NCBI GenBank assembly: GCA_045631885.1
Contig: JAZQVN010000035.1
Span: 67,726-131,725, forward strand
Length of the DNA stretch: 64,000 nucleotides
Source: Bacilli bacterium
GTDB taxonomy: Bacteria > Bacillota_I > Bacilli_A > RFN20 > CAG-826
Reading direction: 5' to 3'
This document shows, piece after piece, positions 1-9,359 of the stretch (positions are counted from its first letter, which is position 1; each line of letters begins with the position of its first letter). A program made the translations under genes and the position numbers. Under the pieces are notes generated by a model. The model was not told the DNA's origin, made no database searches, and saw only the letters and a list, made by a program, of their open reading frames with translations.

Positions 1-1
1 A

Positions 2-847
2 GCCATTAGTAAGACCGCTTACGTCAAATATCAATACAAATATATCACTCATCATAAACTCAATTTAAAGAACCCAACTAGATATACTGAGAAACTCCAA
101 TACCTCCGTTTATATGTTTATCCAAAAAACCCGCTAGTCATTCAATGTGCTGGTCGAGTGGGAGTAAGAGATTATGTTAAAGAAAAGGGATTTTCTCATA
201 ATTTAATCGAGATTTACGGTGTTTTTGACAGTTTTGATGAAATTAACTTCGATAAATTGCCAAATCAATTCGTCATGAAATGCTCTCACGCTTGTGCGTT
301 TAATTATATCTGTAGAGATAAGTCTCAAATCGATAAAGTTGAGTTAAAAAAGAAGTTTGATAAATGGCTTAAAACTAACTATGGAAAGAAAACCGTGGAG
401 ATGCAATACGCTCCTATCAAACCTCAAATAATCATTGAAAAATTCTTAATTGAAGAAGGACAACCTTTACCAATTGAATATAAGATTCATGTCTTTAACG
501 GTGTTGCTAAATCAATGTATGTAGTGACATCTCGTGGAGTGGATATTCGTTATAACAATTACTATATCGATTGGACTCCTTTTGATGGTTCGCAGTTTAA
601 TGGTTGGAAGAAAACAGATGAACCATTATCTAAACCTAGGAACTGGGATGATATGGTTAAAATGGCGGGAACTCTCGCTAAACCTTTCCCGTTTGTTCGT
701 GTAGATTTATATAACATCAATGGACAAATCTATTTTTCAGAAATGACTTTCACACCGGCAAAAGGCACATTGATATTAGATGATGATCAATGCGACTTTG
801 AGATGGGTGAATGGTTAGATATTAGTAAATATATTAATGCCAAGTAG
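2..847 (+). CDS. TupA-like ATP-grasp family protein, 5' end truncated by window edge
   Basis: The frame is open from nt 2 (AISKTAYVKYQYKYITHHKLNLKNPTRYTEKLQYLRLY...), upstream of the listed GTG at 158. The NLKNP-x-T-x-EKLQ-L, FVMKCSH, KIHVFNG and RVDLY blocks resemble TupA-like ATP-grasp enzymes of surface-polymer synthesis. Confidence 0.6.
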   Translation, partial: AISKTAYVKYQYKYITHHKLNLKNPTRYTEKLQYLRLYVYPKNPLVIQCAGRVGVRDYVKEKGFSHNLIEIYGVFDSFDEINFDKLPNQFVMKCSHACAFNYICRDKSQIDKVELKKKFDKWLKTNYGKKTVEMQYAPIKPQIIIEKFLIEEGQPLPIEYKIHVFNGVAKSMYVVTSRGVDIRYNNYYIDWTPFDGSQFNGWKKTDEPLSKPRNWDDMVKMAGTLAKPFPFVRVDLYNINGQIYFSEMTFTPAKGTLILDDDQCDFEMGEWLDISKYINAK

Positions 848-1682
848 AATTTGGTAAGAATAATTCATATAAGAGCAAGCAGTGTTTCCAATTCATCTCT
901 GGTTGCTCGTTTTTAATTGTGTCATCTAATAAAGTGTATTGGAGAGAAATACCCGCTAAACGAGAAACATCAATGTTGGCTAAATCAAAACCAAAGAAGA
1001 TATATTTTTCTCCCGCGTTTGTCGGAATGTTATCAATTTGATATGAAACAGGAACTCTACGATAAGATTGATTATCGGTCTTACAGTAGAAGTTAATTTG
1101 TAATCTGATGCTAGACATATGTCCTGGGATATTCGTGGATTTACCATCTCTACGATAATCTAAAGAAGCTTTAAAGTTTAAAGCAAAGTAATCATATTCT
1201 TTTATTTCTTTACCGAACTTTGTGCCAAATCCATTTTCATCAATTTGCACTCTCGCTAATTCATATTTGCTGTGACAGAACATTTGTCCATTAAATAATT
1301 TAGATAAATAACCGTATTTGAACGAAGAATCGTTTTTTCCTAAAGCATATGTTTGGCCATAGCTCTTAATATCAGAATCACTTGGATCGTTTAAATCATA
1401 ATCATAAGAATATTTATTCTTGTCTGGTTGAACACGAACAAAATTATCATCGTTAAAAGAAGTGAAGACACTATCATTTTCTTTATCTAAAGAATAAACA
1501 GGTTGATCTTTGTTATCTTCTTCAACTTTAAATAAAGTTTCATCCCATTCAGAATAGAAGTTTTTATTATAGTCAACAGAAACATAGACATCGCCTTGAT
1601 AGATTTCTTTTAAACCATAGCCACATCCAGATAAAAGCATCGCTGGAATTAATAAGAGGAATTTATGCATTTTGAACTTCAT
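834..1682 (-). CDS. Lipoprotein, unknown function
   Basis: 282-aa ORF with signal peptide plus lipobox (LLIPAMLLSGC). Its start overlaps the stop of the upstream membrane gene (ATGCATAA-type overlap if Met5 is used). Confidence 0.6.
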   Translation of the reverse strand: MKFKMHKFLLLIPAMLLSGCGYGLKEIYQGDVYVSVDYNKNFYSEWDETLFKVEEDNKDQPVYSLDKENDSVFTSFNDDNFVRVQPDKNKYSYDYDLNDPSDSDIKSYGQTYALGKNDSSFKYGYLSKLFNGQMFCHSKYELARVQIDENGFGTKFGKEIKEYDYFALNFKASLDYRRDGKSTNIPGHMSSIRLQINFYCKTDNQSYRRVPVSYQIDNIPTNAGEKYIFFGFDLANIDVSRLAGISLQYTLLDDTIKNEQPEMNWKHCLLLYELFLPNSTWH

Positions 1683-3144
1683 TATTAATTACCTCCTCTA
1701 CTTTTTCTTCTTTCTTCTTTTCGCTATTGAAGAAACAATAACCAAATAAGAAGAGAATGATGAAGAATATATTGTTCATATAAAATGGAATAACTGTGTT
1801 AGAGAAAATCATTGGAGTGCAGTCGAAATTAACGAGTGCATACGCTAAAGAGATGATGATAAATCCTAAAATCAAGACTTTGTCTTGTTTAGCGTCATCG
1901 CTATTGTTGTAATACTTAATCATTCTTCTTATACCTATGACTAAAACCGCCACTAAGAAAATGACTCCGAAGAAACCAGATGAGAAGAAGGCATCAAAGA
2001 AGAAACTATTACTATCTTTTAATTGCCAAGTAGTAACACGGAATAAATAGACATAATCTCCATGGATTGGGAAACCAAATAATTTACCCATAATCGAAAC
2101 ACCATCACTGCTAACTGTAGTAAATAAACCATCAAGAATGGAATTATAAGCGCTAACAAATCTATTCGCGTTAAATAAACGATTTAATAAAGAATTACCT
2201 GTTGTTAAGTCTCTTAACCATCCAATACGGAAGGAAGCGATGTTATCACCAACACTATCTTGAGCGTTTAAGAACAAGAACAAGACACCGAAGGCAAATA
2301 AGCCACTCACTACTGCAGTAGCAATCTTTAATGGTTTCTTATTAAATTCAAATTTGGTGAATATAGCAATTAGACCAATGAGGACCGCAACACCAAATAA
2401 CATTAATAAAGTAATTTTACTAATAGTAAGGATGATAGTGATAAGGCCTAAAACACCAAATCCTAAATATGTTAAGAATAATTTCTTGTTCTCTTTATAT
2501 TTCATAAAGCCTAATGGTAAGAAGGCTGTTAATAAAATCATTGGATAGAAAGAGAAATATGATAATGAAACTTCCACCATTGAGAAATTCATTAAGAAAT
2601 AAGCCATTCCACCAATAGATTCAGGTGACCTAGAACCATCGTAATAATAGTAATAGTCAGAATAGCGGATTGTGTAAAAAGGAACAAACTGAATCATCGT
2701 CACAAATAGATTGATAAAGGTTAACAAGGCGATACCACTATAAATGACAATTAATGCATAACGAATTTTAAAGGCTCCAGTTAAATTTACAAAGTAACCA
2801 CTCGCAGCAAAACACGTTAATCCAAGTGGAACAAGAAATAAAAATGGGGAGTGATACATTAAAAAAGTTGGATCTTCTTTAAAATAAGAAAGTATCGAAA
2901 TAAGGCCAAAAAGTAATATTGGGAATAGGAAAAAGCCAAAACTTGCCACTCCATCAAGCTTTATTTGACGGAAAGTCACGACAATCGTTAATCCTAAAAT
3001 AACCACTGCTAAAATAGCGAAAAAGATGAAAGAACTACCGAGTGAAAAAGAGATGATCGCTAGTATCTCAAGTAACAAAAACGACACTGCTTTACCATAA
3101 CTCGATGGTTTTTGTGCTATTTTTTCCTGTTTTTCGTTATCCAT
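1663..3144 (-). CDS. Polytopic membrane protein, possibly O-antigen ligase/polymerase-like
   Basis: 493-aa ORF with more than 10 hydrophobic segments, next to an ATP-grasp surface-polymer gene. The functional guess rests on context only. Confidence 0.45.
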   Translation of the reverse strand: MDNEKQEKIAQKPSSYGKAVSFLLLEILAIISFSLGSSFIFFAILAVVILGLTIVVTFRQIKLDGVASFGFFLFPILLFGLISILSYFKEDPTFLMYHSPFLFLVPLGLTCFAASGYFVNLTGAFKIRYALIVIYSGIALLTFINLFVTMIQFVPFYTIRYSDYYYYYDGSRSPESIGGMAYFLMNFSMVEVSLSYFSFYPMILLTAFLPLGFMKYKENKKLFLTYLGFGVLGLITIILTISKITLLMLFGVAVLIGLIAIFTKFEFNKKPLKIATAVVSGLFAFGVLFLFLNAQDSVGDNIASFRIGWLRDLTTGNSLLNRLFNANRFVSAYNSILDGLFTTVSSDGVSIMGKLFGFPIHGDYVYLFRVTTWQLKDSNSFFFDAFFSSGFFGVIFLVAVLVIGIRRMIKYYNNSDDAKQDKVLILGFIIISLAYALVNFDCTPMIFSNTVIPFYMNNIFFIILFLFGYCFFNSEKKKEEKVEEVINNEVQNA

Positions 3145-3165
3145 AAGTAATATTTATATTACATT

Positions 3166-3196
3166 AAAAAAATAAAAAAGCGAGGAATTTCCTCGC
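3166..3196 (-). terminator. Rho-independent terminator downstream of small ORF 3217..3354
   Basis: GCGAGGA-att-TCCTCGC hairpin. An A-run on the plus strand gives a T-run after the stem on the minus strand. Confidence 0.6.
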
Positions 3197-3216
3197 TATA
3201 TTAACTGTTTAAAGAA

Positions 3217-3354
3217 TTAATCTTCGGTATCGAAATAATAATCGTCAACCATTCCGGTTTCGAGATATTCTTCCGCTTCAGCAAATGCTTCGATGATTTG
3301 TAATTCTTCTGAATCTGTGACTTCTTGGTTTTTGTCTCTTGGTCCAATGTACAT
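3217..3354 (-). CDS. Small acidic protein, 45 aa, unknown function
   Basis: Not in the ORF track because it is under 60 aa. Sequence: MYIGPRDKNQEVTDSEELQIIEAFAEAEEYLETGMVDDYYFDTED. AAGGAGA sits 7 nt before the ATG, with its own promoter upstream and a terminator downstream. Confidence 0.5.
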   Translation of the reverse strand: MYIGPRDKNQEVTDSEELQIIEAFAEAEEYLETGMVDDYYFDTED

Positions 3355-3391
3355 AACTTGTCTCCTTTGCTGGTAGAAAAATTCTGGGTCT

Positions 3392-3419
3392 ACTTTACCA
3401 TAGTGAGCACTATTGTCAA
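3392..3419 (-). promoter_or_regulatory. Sigma-A type promoter for the 45-aa ORF
   Basis: On the minus strand: TTGACA, 16 nt, then TAAAGT preceded by TGg (extended -10). Confidence 0.4.
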
Positions 3420-3518
3420 AGTTATTTTTGACTATTTTTAGACACTGTCCAAATCAGATTTTTTGTAACTTTTTTTCTTCTTAAAAAATGTGGGTTATAA
3501 GGTGGGTAATAAATATAT

Positions 3519-4373
3519 TTATTGAATTGTAACGCCTCCATCATTGAAGAATAAGATGCCTATAGTCTTTGGTCCGCAGTGACTGGTGATTGTCGCGCCA
3601 GCGACTGTCACATAGATATTCCTAAATCCTTTTTCATTTAACCAGTCTTTACAAGTCTCTATCATATCTTCACTTGCGTGTGAATGGGTAATAAAGACAA
3701 TGCTCTTATCTGGGTTAGTGAATTCTTCTAATGTATCGCGACAATATTCTTCAACACAGGCTAAGCTCTTTCCGCGATATTTGCTTCCAACTTCCATGCC
3801 ACCATCTTTAACAACGATTTGAGGTTTTAATCGTAATAACAACGCTCCTAATTTAGCTAAACTAGAACATCTACCACCTTTATGGAGATAGTTCAAAGTG
3901 TTAACCACAAAGCTCGCTTGGATATAAGGGATTCTTTTATCAACTTCACTTACTATCTGAGCAGCATTTAATCCTTTGTCTCTTAATATAGCAGCGTACA
4001 TTGCTAATAAACCAATTCCGGTAGAAAGAGATTTCGAATTTATAACATATAAATTATTAATTGTACGCGTACACATACACGCGTTAGAGTAAACTGAACT
4101 CAAACGATCACTTAATGAGAAATGGATAATCGCGTCATAGTCTTTCTTCAAATGATTGAAATAATCTTCAAATTCAAATTGATTAATCGCGCTTGTCTTT
4201 GGTAATATTCCCGTCTCTTCAACAAATTCAAAGATATCATCAGGAGTGATGTCTCCATCTTTTTCAAACCTCTCCCCTAGTTCAATGGTGAATGGGATAA
4301 CCTTGATATCGTACTTTTTGATTAGTTCTTTATCTAGGTCACTGGCGGTTTCAACGGAAATAGCAATCTTCAT
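3519..4373 (-). CDS. DegV family fatty-acid-binding protein
   Basis: MKIAISVETASDL...KVIPFTI...GILPKTSAINQFEF... matches the DegV fold pattern. Start placed at the internal MKIAIS; the ORF is open to 4430. Confidence 0.75.
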   Translation of the reverse strand: MKIAISVETASDLDKELIKKYDIKVIPFTIELGERFEKDGDITPDDIFEFVEETGILPKTSAINQFEFEDYFNHLKKDYDAIIHFSLSDRLSSVYSNACMCTRTINNLYVINSKSLSTGIGLLAMYAAILRDKGLNAAQIVSEVDKRIPYIQASFVVNTLNYLHKGGRCSSLAKLGALLLRLKPQIVVKDGGMEVGSKYRGKSLACVEEYCRDTLEEFTNPDKSIVFITHSHASEDMIETCKDWLNEKGFRNIYVTVAGATITSHCGPKTIGILFFNDGGVTIQ

Positions 4374-4471
4374 AGGAGGAGTATTATATAACCAATTCAA
4401 AAAAATATAAAATAATTTTTTTCTTCTCACTATAATAGTAAATATAAAGTCTTCAAAGATAGGAGAAACAT

Positions 4472-5665
4472 ATGGATCCAGTACAAAGATTTATTAATTA
4501 CGCAAAAATAGACACTCAAGCGGATGACACAACCGGAACAACACCATCGACTGAAAAGCAGAAAAACCTTGGTAGATTACTTGTTAAAGAATTAAAAGAA
4601 CTCGGTTTAGAAGATGCTTATATGGATGAGTGGGGTATTGTCTATGCTCATCTAAAAGGGGAAGGTGATAGAATCGGTTTAAACGCTCACCAAGATACCG
4701 CTTTAGAAGTGACAGATACTAACTGCAATCCTCAAATTATTAGAAACTATGATGGTAAAGATTATCATTTAAATGATAAATATGTCCTTTCCAGCGAAGA
4801 ATTCCCATCCTTAAAGAAACATATTGGTAAAGACCTAGTGGTCACTGATGGAAATACATTATTAGGTGCAGATGATAAAGCGGGTATCGCCATTATCATG
4901 TCAGTTTTAGAATATCTCCACGACCATCCAAAAGTTAAACATCATAATATCTCTGTCGCTTTTACCGTCGATGAGGAAATCGGTGAAGGTCCATTACATT
5001 TTGATTTAAATAAGATGCAAGCGGATTACGCTTTTACAATTGACGGAGGAGAAATCGACTGCATCGATTATGAAAACTTCAATGCTCAAGGTGTTCATAT
5101 CCATATCGAAGGTGTGTCTGTCCACCCAGGCGAAGGCAAAGGCGCGTTAATTAATGCTTTATTGTTATTAAATGAATTAATCAATACATTCCCTCCAAAA
5201 GAAACTCCATTTGACGCTGGATATGATGATGGCTATTGGCATATCAATTCCGTTAATGGCTCAAGTGACACTTGTGATTTAGATATGATTTTAAGAGATT
5301 TTGATTACGATAATTTACTTAAACGCGGCCAACTCATCAAAGATGAAGCGGCAAAATTACAAAAGAAATATCCGAAAGCTAAAATCGAAGTCACGATTAA
5401 AGATCAATATTACAATATGCTCCCATATGTCTTAAAAGATCCTCGTCCAGTTGATAAAGCTAAAGCCGCTTTAACAAAGAACGGATTAACTCCAAGAAGC
5501 ACCAAAATTAGAGGTGGAACCGATGGAGCGACATTCTCTAAAATGGGTCTACCAACTCCTAACTTAGGAACTGGCTCTTCTAACCATCATGGAAGATATG
5601 AATATCTCGTTATTCAAGACTTCTTAAAGATGATTGATGTCGTATTAGATATCGTCAAACTATAA
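4472..5665 (+). CDS. pepT: Peptidase T (M20 tripeptidase)
   Basis: The N-terminus RFINYAKIDTQADDTTGTTPSTEKQ..LGRLLVKELKELGL is typical of PepT. M20 metal-binding blocks are present (HQDT, GADDKAG, DEEIG). Confidence 0.8.
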   Translation: MDPVQRFINYAKIDTQADDTTGTTPSTEKQKNLGRLLVKELKELGLEDAYMDEWGIVYAHLKGEGDRIGLNAHQDTALEVTDTNCNPQIIRNYDGKDYHLNDKYVLSSEEFPSLKKHIGKDLVVTDGNTLLGADDKAGIAIIMSVLEYLHDHPKVKHHNISVAFTVDEEIGEGPLHFDLNKMQADYAFTIDGGEIDCIDYENFNAQGVHIHIEGVSVHPGEGKGALINALLLLNELINTFPPKETPFDAGYDDGYWHINSVNGSSDTCDLDMILRDFDYDNLLKRGQLIKDEAAKLQKKYPKAKIEVTIKDQYYNMLPYVLKDPRPVDKAKAALTKNGLTPRSTKIRGGTDGATFSKMGLPTPNLGTGSSNHHGRYEYLVIQDFLKMIDVVLDIVKL

Positions 5666-5668
5666 TAG

Positions 5669-5690
5669 CTGCGCTGCGCGCAGTTTTTAT
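5669..5690 (+). terminator. pepT terminator
   Basis: CTGCG-ctgcg-CGCAG hairpin followed by TTTTT. Confidence 0.5.
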
Positions 5691-5705
5691 TTTCTTAAAA
5701 TATTT

Positions 5706-5732
5706 TTGGCACTTTACTTGACTAAGTGCTAA
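5706..5732 (+). promoter_or_regulatory. CIRCE (HrcA operator) copy 1, overlapping the -35 of the htpG promoter
   Basis: TTGGCACTT-N9-AAGTGCTAA against consensus TTAGCACTC-N9-GAGTGCTAA. TTGACT at 5718-5723 lies in the spacer, with TAAAAT 16 nt downstream. Confidence 0.7.
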
Positions 5733-5749
5733 TTTGTTATAAAATATAC

Positions 5750-5776
5750 TTGGCACTCCGAGAATTAGACTGCTAA
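5750..5776 (+). promoter_or_regulatory. CIRCE (HrcA operator) copy 2
   Basis: TTGGCACTC-N9-GACTGCTAA, 18 nt upstream of the htpG ATG region. Confidence 0.65.
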
Positions 5777-5793
5777 AAAGGAGATTATGTGAT

Positions 5794-7713
5794 ATGAAAG
5801 AAACGATGAAATTTGAAACCGAGAGTAAAGAATTACTCAATTTGATGATTAACTCCATTTACTCAAATAATGAAATATTCTTAAGAGAACTTATTTCTAA
5901 CGCATCTGATGCGATTGATAAATATAAATATTTATCTTTGACAAGTAACGGCAAAGTCCCATTATTAGATCACGATATCCATATCGAATTAAATAAGAAA
6001 AATAGAACAATCACTATTTCCGATAATGGTATCGGTATGAATAAAGAAGATTTGATTAACAATCTCGGCACCATCGCGAGAAGTGGATCAAAAGATTTTG
6101 TCAGCAAAATCAAAGAAGCTCAAGCCAAAAAAGATATCGATATCATCGGTCAGTTTGGTGTTGGTTTCTATAGCGCCTTTATGGTGGCTAACAAGATAGA
6201 GGTTTTAACCAAAAAATGCGATTCTGAAGCATACTTATTTACTTCTTCTGGTGAAGATAGTTACACGATTGAAGACGCTCAAAGAGAAAGCGTCGGCACC
6301 ACTATTACTTTATTCTTAAAGAAATCATCTAAAGATGTTGATTATGATAAGTATTTAGAAGAATATCAAATCAAAGATTTGGTTAAACGTTATAGTGACT
6401 ATATCCGTTATCCAATTAAGATGGTTTGCACAGTGAGAAAACCAAAACTAGACGCTGACGGTAAAGAAATTGAAAATGAAACAATGGAAGTTCAAGAAGA
6501 ACAAGTTCTTAACTCCATGGTCCCTCTTTGGAAGAAAAATAAGAAAGATGTCAGCGAAGAAGAATTAAATAAATTCTATCAAGAAAAATTCATGGATTAT
6601 GAAGATCCTCTCATCTCCTTATTCGTCTCTGTTGATGGCAAGGTGACATATAACTCATTATTATTCATTCCAAGTCACGCACCATATAACCTATATAGTG
6701 AGAATTATGAAAAAGGTCTCCAATTATACTCCAAAGGAGTATTTATCAAAGATAAAGCTCCAGAATTAATCCCTGATTATCTTAAATTCGTGAAAGGTCT
6801 CGTTGACTCTCCAGACCTCAACTTAAATATTTCTCGAGAAATTCTCCAACGCTCACCAGTGATGGAAAAAATCGCGGAGAATGTCGAGAAGAAGATTGTT
6901 GATAAATTAAAAGAAGTTCTTAAAGAAGATAAAGAGAAATATCTCAAATTCTGGAACAACTTCGGTGACCACATTAAGTTTGGTATCTACTCCACTTATG
7001 GAAGTAAGAAAGACTTATTACAAGATATCCTCTTATTCCATTCGTTAAATAACAATGATGAATTCATCACACTAAGTGAATATAAAGAGAAAATGGCCAA
7101 AGGCCAAAAGAATATCTATTATGTCTCTGGTGAGAATCTTGATTCTATCAAGTTATTACCTCAAATCGAAAGATATAAGAAACTCGGTTATGATGTCTTA
7201 CTCTTAGATCAAAAGATCGATGAATTCGCGGTTATGATGATGAGAGAATACGACAAAGTCGAATTCAAATCCATCAGCGAAGATTCCGTCGATGAATTAA
7301 CTAAAGAAGAACAAGAGAAGATTGAAGAAGTGACCACTGATTCAAGAAGATTATTAGATAATCTTAAAGAAGCCTTAAAAGAAGAAGTTGATGACGTTGT
7401 TATCTCTTCTAAATTAATTGATTCTCCAGTTTGCTTAAGCACAAAAGATGGTCTATCTCTTGAAATGGAAAAGACATTAAATGAACAGCCAGGTAATGAA
7501 GAAAGAGTGAAAGCCAAGAAAGTTCTCGAACTTAATCCTGAACACGACTTATTCAAAACATTCCTCGCTATTCAAGAAGATGATGAACTCGTTAAAGAAT
7601 ATGCTTCAGTCTTATATGATGAAGCAATGCTACTTGAAGGTAGAGAAATCGCCAACAAAAAAGAGTTTGTTAGAAAGCTCAACGAGCTAATGATTAAAGC
7701 GTTCAAGAAATAA
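5794..7713 (+). CDS. htpG: Molecular chaperone HtpG (Hsp90)
   Basis: ESKELLNLMINSIYSNNEIFLRELISNASDAIDK and GQFGVGFYSAFMVA are Hsp90 signatures. AAGGAGA RBS lies 9 nt upstream. Confidence 0.95.
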   Translation: MKETMKFETESKELLNLMINSIYSNNEIFLRELISNASDAIDKYKYLSLTSNGKVPLLDHDIHIELNKKNRTITISDNGIGMNKEDLINNLGTIARSGSKDFVSKIKEAQAKKDIDIIGQFGVGFYSAFMVANKIEVLTKKCDSEAYLFTSSGEDSYTIEDAQRESVGTTITLFLKKSSKDVDYDKYLEEYQIKDLVKRYSDYIRYPIKMVCTVRKPKLDADGKEIENETMEVQEEQVLNSMVPLWKKNKKDVSEEELNKFYQEKFMDYEDPLISLFVSVDGKVTYNSLLFIPSHAPYNLYSENYEKGLQLYSKGVFIKDKAPELIPDYLKFVKGLVDSPDLNLNISREILQRSPVMEKIAENVEKKIVDKLKEVLKEDKEKYLKFWNNFGDHIKFGIYSTYGSKKDLLQDILLFHSLNNNDEFITLSEYKEKMAKGQKNIYYVSGENLDSIKLLPQIERYKKLGYDVLLLDQKIDEFAVMMMREYDKVEFKSISEDSVDELTKEEQEKIEEVTTDSRRLLDNLKEALKEEVDDVVISSKLIDSPVCLSTKDGLSLEMEKTLNEQPGNEERVKAKKVLELNPEHDLFKTFLAIQEDDELVKEYASVLYDEAMLLEGREIANKKEFVRKLNELMIKAFKK

Positions 7714-7715
7714 TT

Positions 7716-7748
7716 AAAAAGCCTTGATTTATTCAAGGCTTTATTTTT
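7716..7748. terminator. Bidirectional terminator shared by htpG (+) and ssrA (-)
   Basis: GCCTTGA-tttat-TCAAGGC hairpin flanked by an A-run on the left and a T-run on the right. Confidence 0.7.
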
Positions 7749-7752
7749 CACT

Positions 7753-8146
7753 TGGTGGAGCCGAGGAGAGTTGAACTCCTGTCCAGAGAAGGCTCTTCAA
7801 TAACGTCTACAGCTTAGACGGTATGAACTTTAACGTGTTTTGCATATCGACGGACTCTACACGCGAGACAAATTGTAACTTCATTAACGCCGTGTTAGTC
7901 TTCAAGCGTTAACTATCCTTTTGGTATGACACCACTACCAGGCGTGAAAGGCTAAAACCCTGGGTGATGCTGTGCCCGGCGCCTTGCGTCGGTCCCTAAC
8001 GTCGGGTGCTAATTAAGCAGCGCAGAGAACTTGAGCTCTAGGAGCTCTCATATAACTGTTGTCAGTTATTTTTGTTTTGGTTATCACGGTGACCAACCGG
8101 CTGCAGTTAGAGCCTAGCACATCCCTGTCGAAACCAGTACGACCCC
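7753..8146 (-). ncRNA. ssrA: tmRNA (transfer-messenger RNA)
   Basis: Minus-strand 5' end GGGGTCGTACTGGTTTCGACAGGG and 3' end GGACAGGAGTTCAACTCTCCTCGGCTCCACCA (T-arm plus acceptor plus CCA). An internal tag ORF ends ...GCT GCT TAA, with the stop in the loop of a TGCT/AGCA helix. Confidence 0.92.
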
Positions 8147-8280
8147 AATTGTGCTATCGAGCGAGTTATATTCTTACAAAAACAACGGGAAAAAGCAACA
8201 AATATTGCTCCCTTATAATATTTCATTTGTAAAATGATTCGTTATACCATACAATATACGGGCAAAGTGAGGTATCGCAA

Positions 8281-9327
8281 ATGAACCCAAAGGCTAAAAA
8301 ATTCTTATCAAATTTCTTCTTCGGACTATTCTCAAACGAACACGCGATTGAAGGTTCTAAATCCAATCCATGGTGGGTCGCCGCTATTATTGGTGTTTTA
8401 GGTTGTTTTATTCCAGTTATTCCATTAACTGTTAATACCGCTAATGCATATGGCAGTTCTTTCTTATCAAGCTATACATATCGTTATGATCAAAACATCT
8501 CTGATGTGACAACCAAAATGTTATTAGACAACAAGGAATTTAAAGTGAGTGATGAACACTTACTTCAATACTTTGACAATGGTGAAGTCGTTCACCCATC
8601 TGTCACTGAAGATGTCTATCCTGTTGCCTCTCATATTAATGCCTCTACAGGTCAATATGAATTAATGATTTATTTCACCGAAAGAGAAGGCGTTGATTTA
8701 GATGCTTTAAAAACATCCATCAATGACGCTCAATATAAGACTGGCACAACCGAAACCGCTGGTCCAAATGATGGTGCTTATGCTCCTTCATATGTTTTAC
8801 TCTTTAAAAACGGCATTTACACAAAATTGATGAAAGAGAATTCCGTTGAACAAGGTAATGGCACCGCGACAAACTACACAACCGACTGGAAACACTTTGA
8901 AGTCGGTCATGAATTATTAAAGAGCACATTACCAGAAGGCAAAGTCGCTTCTGATATCGACTTAAATAATTCTAACGATGTCAAAAAGATTTTTGAAAAC
9001 TGGAAAGAAGTCTATAACAAAGCTTATATCAGCCAAAAGACTTATAACATCTGGATGACAACATTACTCTTCTATGGAATCTACTTCGGTTTAACAATTC
9101 TCATGGGTTTATTAGTCTTCTTATTAACTCGTGGAAAGAACAATATGTTCAACTACTTGAAGTTCATCGATTGTCTCAAGATTGTCTGGTGGGCATGTTT
9201 ATCCCCAGCTATCCTTGGTATGATCTTCGGATTCATCTTTGCAAACTTCGCTCAAATGATGTTCATTATCTTAATTGGTTTAAGAGTCATGTGGATATCA
9301 ATGAAGCAATTAAGACCTCAATATTAA
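8281..9327 (+). CDS. Membrane protein, unknown function
   Basis: 348-aa ORF with an N-terminal TM segment, a large extracytoplasmic segment, and a C-terminal cluster of TM helices. Confidence 0.55.
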   Translation: MNPKAKKFLSNFFFGLFSNEHAIEGSKSNPWWVAAIIGVLGCFIPVIPLTVNTANAYGSSFLSSYTYRYDQNISDVTTKMLLDNKEFKVSDEHLLQYFDNGEVVHPSVTEDVYPVASHINASTGQYELMIYFTEREGVDLDALKTSINDAQYKTGTTETAGPNDGAYAPSYVLLFKNGIYTKLMKENSVEQGNGTATNYTTDWKHFEVGHELLKSTLPEGKVASDIDLNNSNDVKKIFENWKEVYNKAYISQKTYNIWMTTLLFYGIYFGLTILMGLLVFLLTRGKNNMFNYLKFIDCLKIVWWACLSPAILGMIFGFIFANFAQMMFIILIGLRVMWISMKQLRPQY

Positions 9328-9331
9328 CAAT

Positions 9332-9358
9332 AAAACGCTCGGTTAATTCGAGCGTTTT
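9332..9358. terminator. Bidirectional terminator between convergent genes
   Basis: ACGCTCG-gttaatt-CGAGCGT hairpin with an A-run before and a T-run after. Confidence 0.6.
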
Positions 9359-9359
9359 A

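Noticed and set aside
5655-5858. 67-aa minus-strand ORF across the pepT-htpG intergenic region
   Set aside because: It covers the pepT terminator, both CIRCE operators and the htpG start. Regulatory DNA explains this region better.
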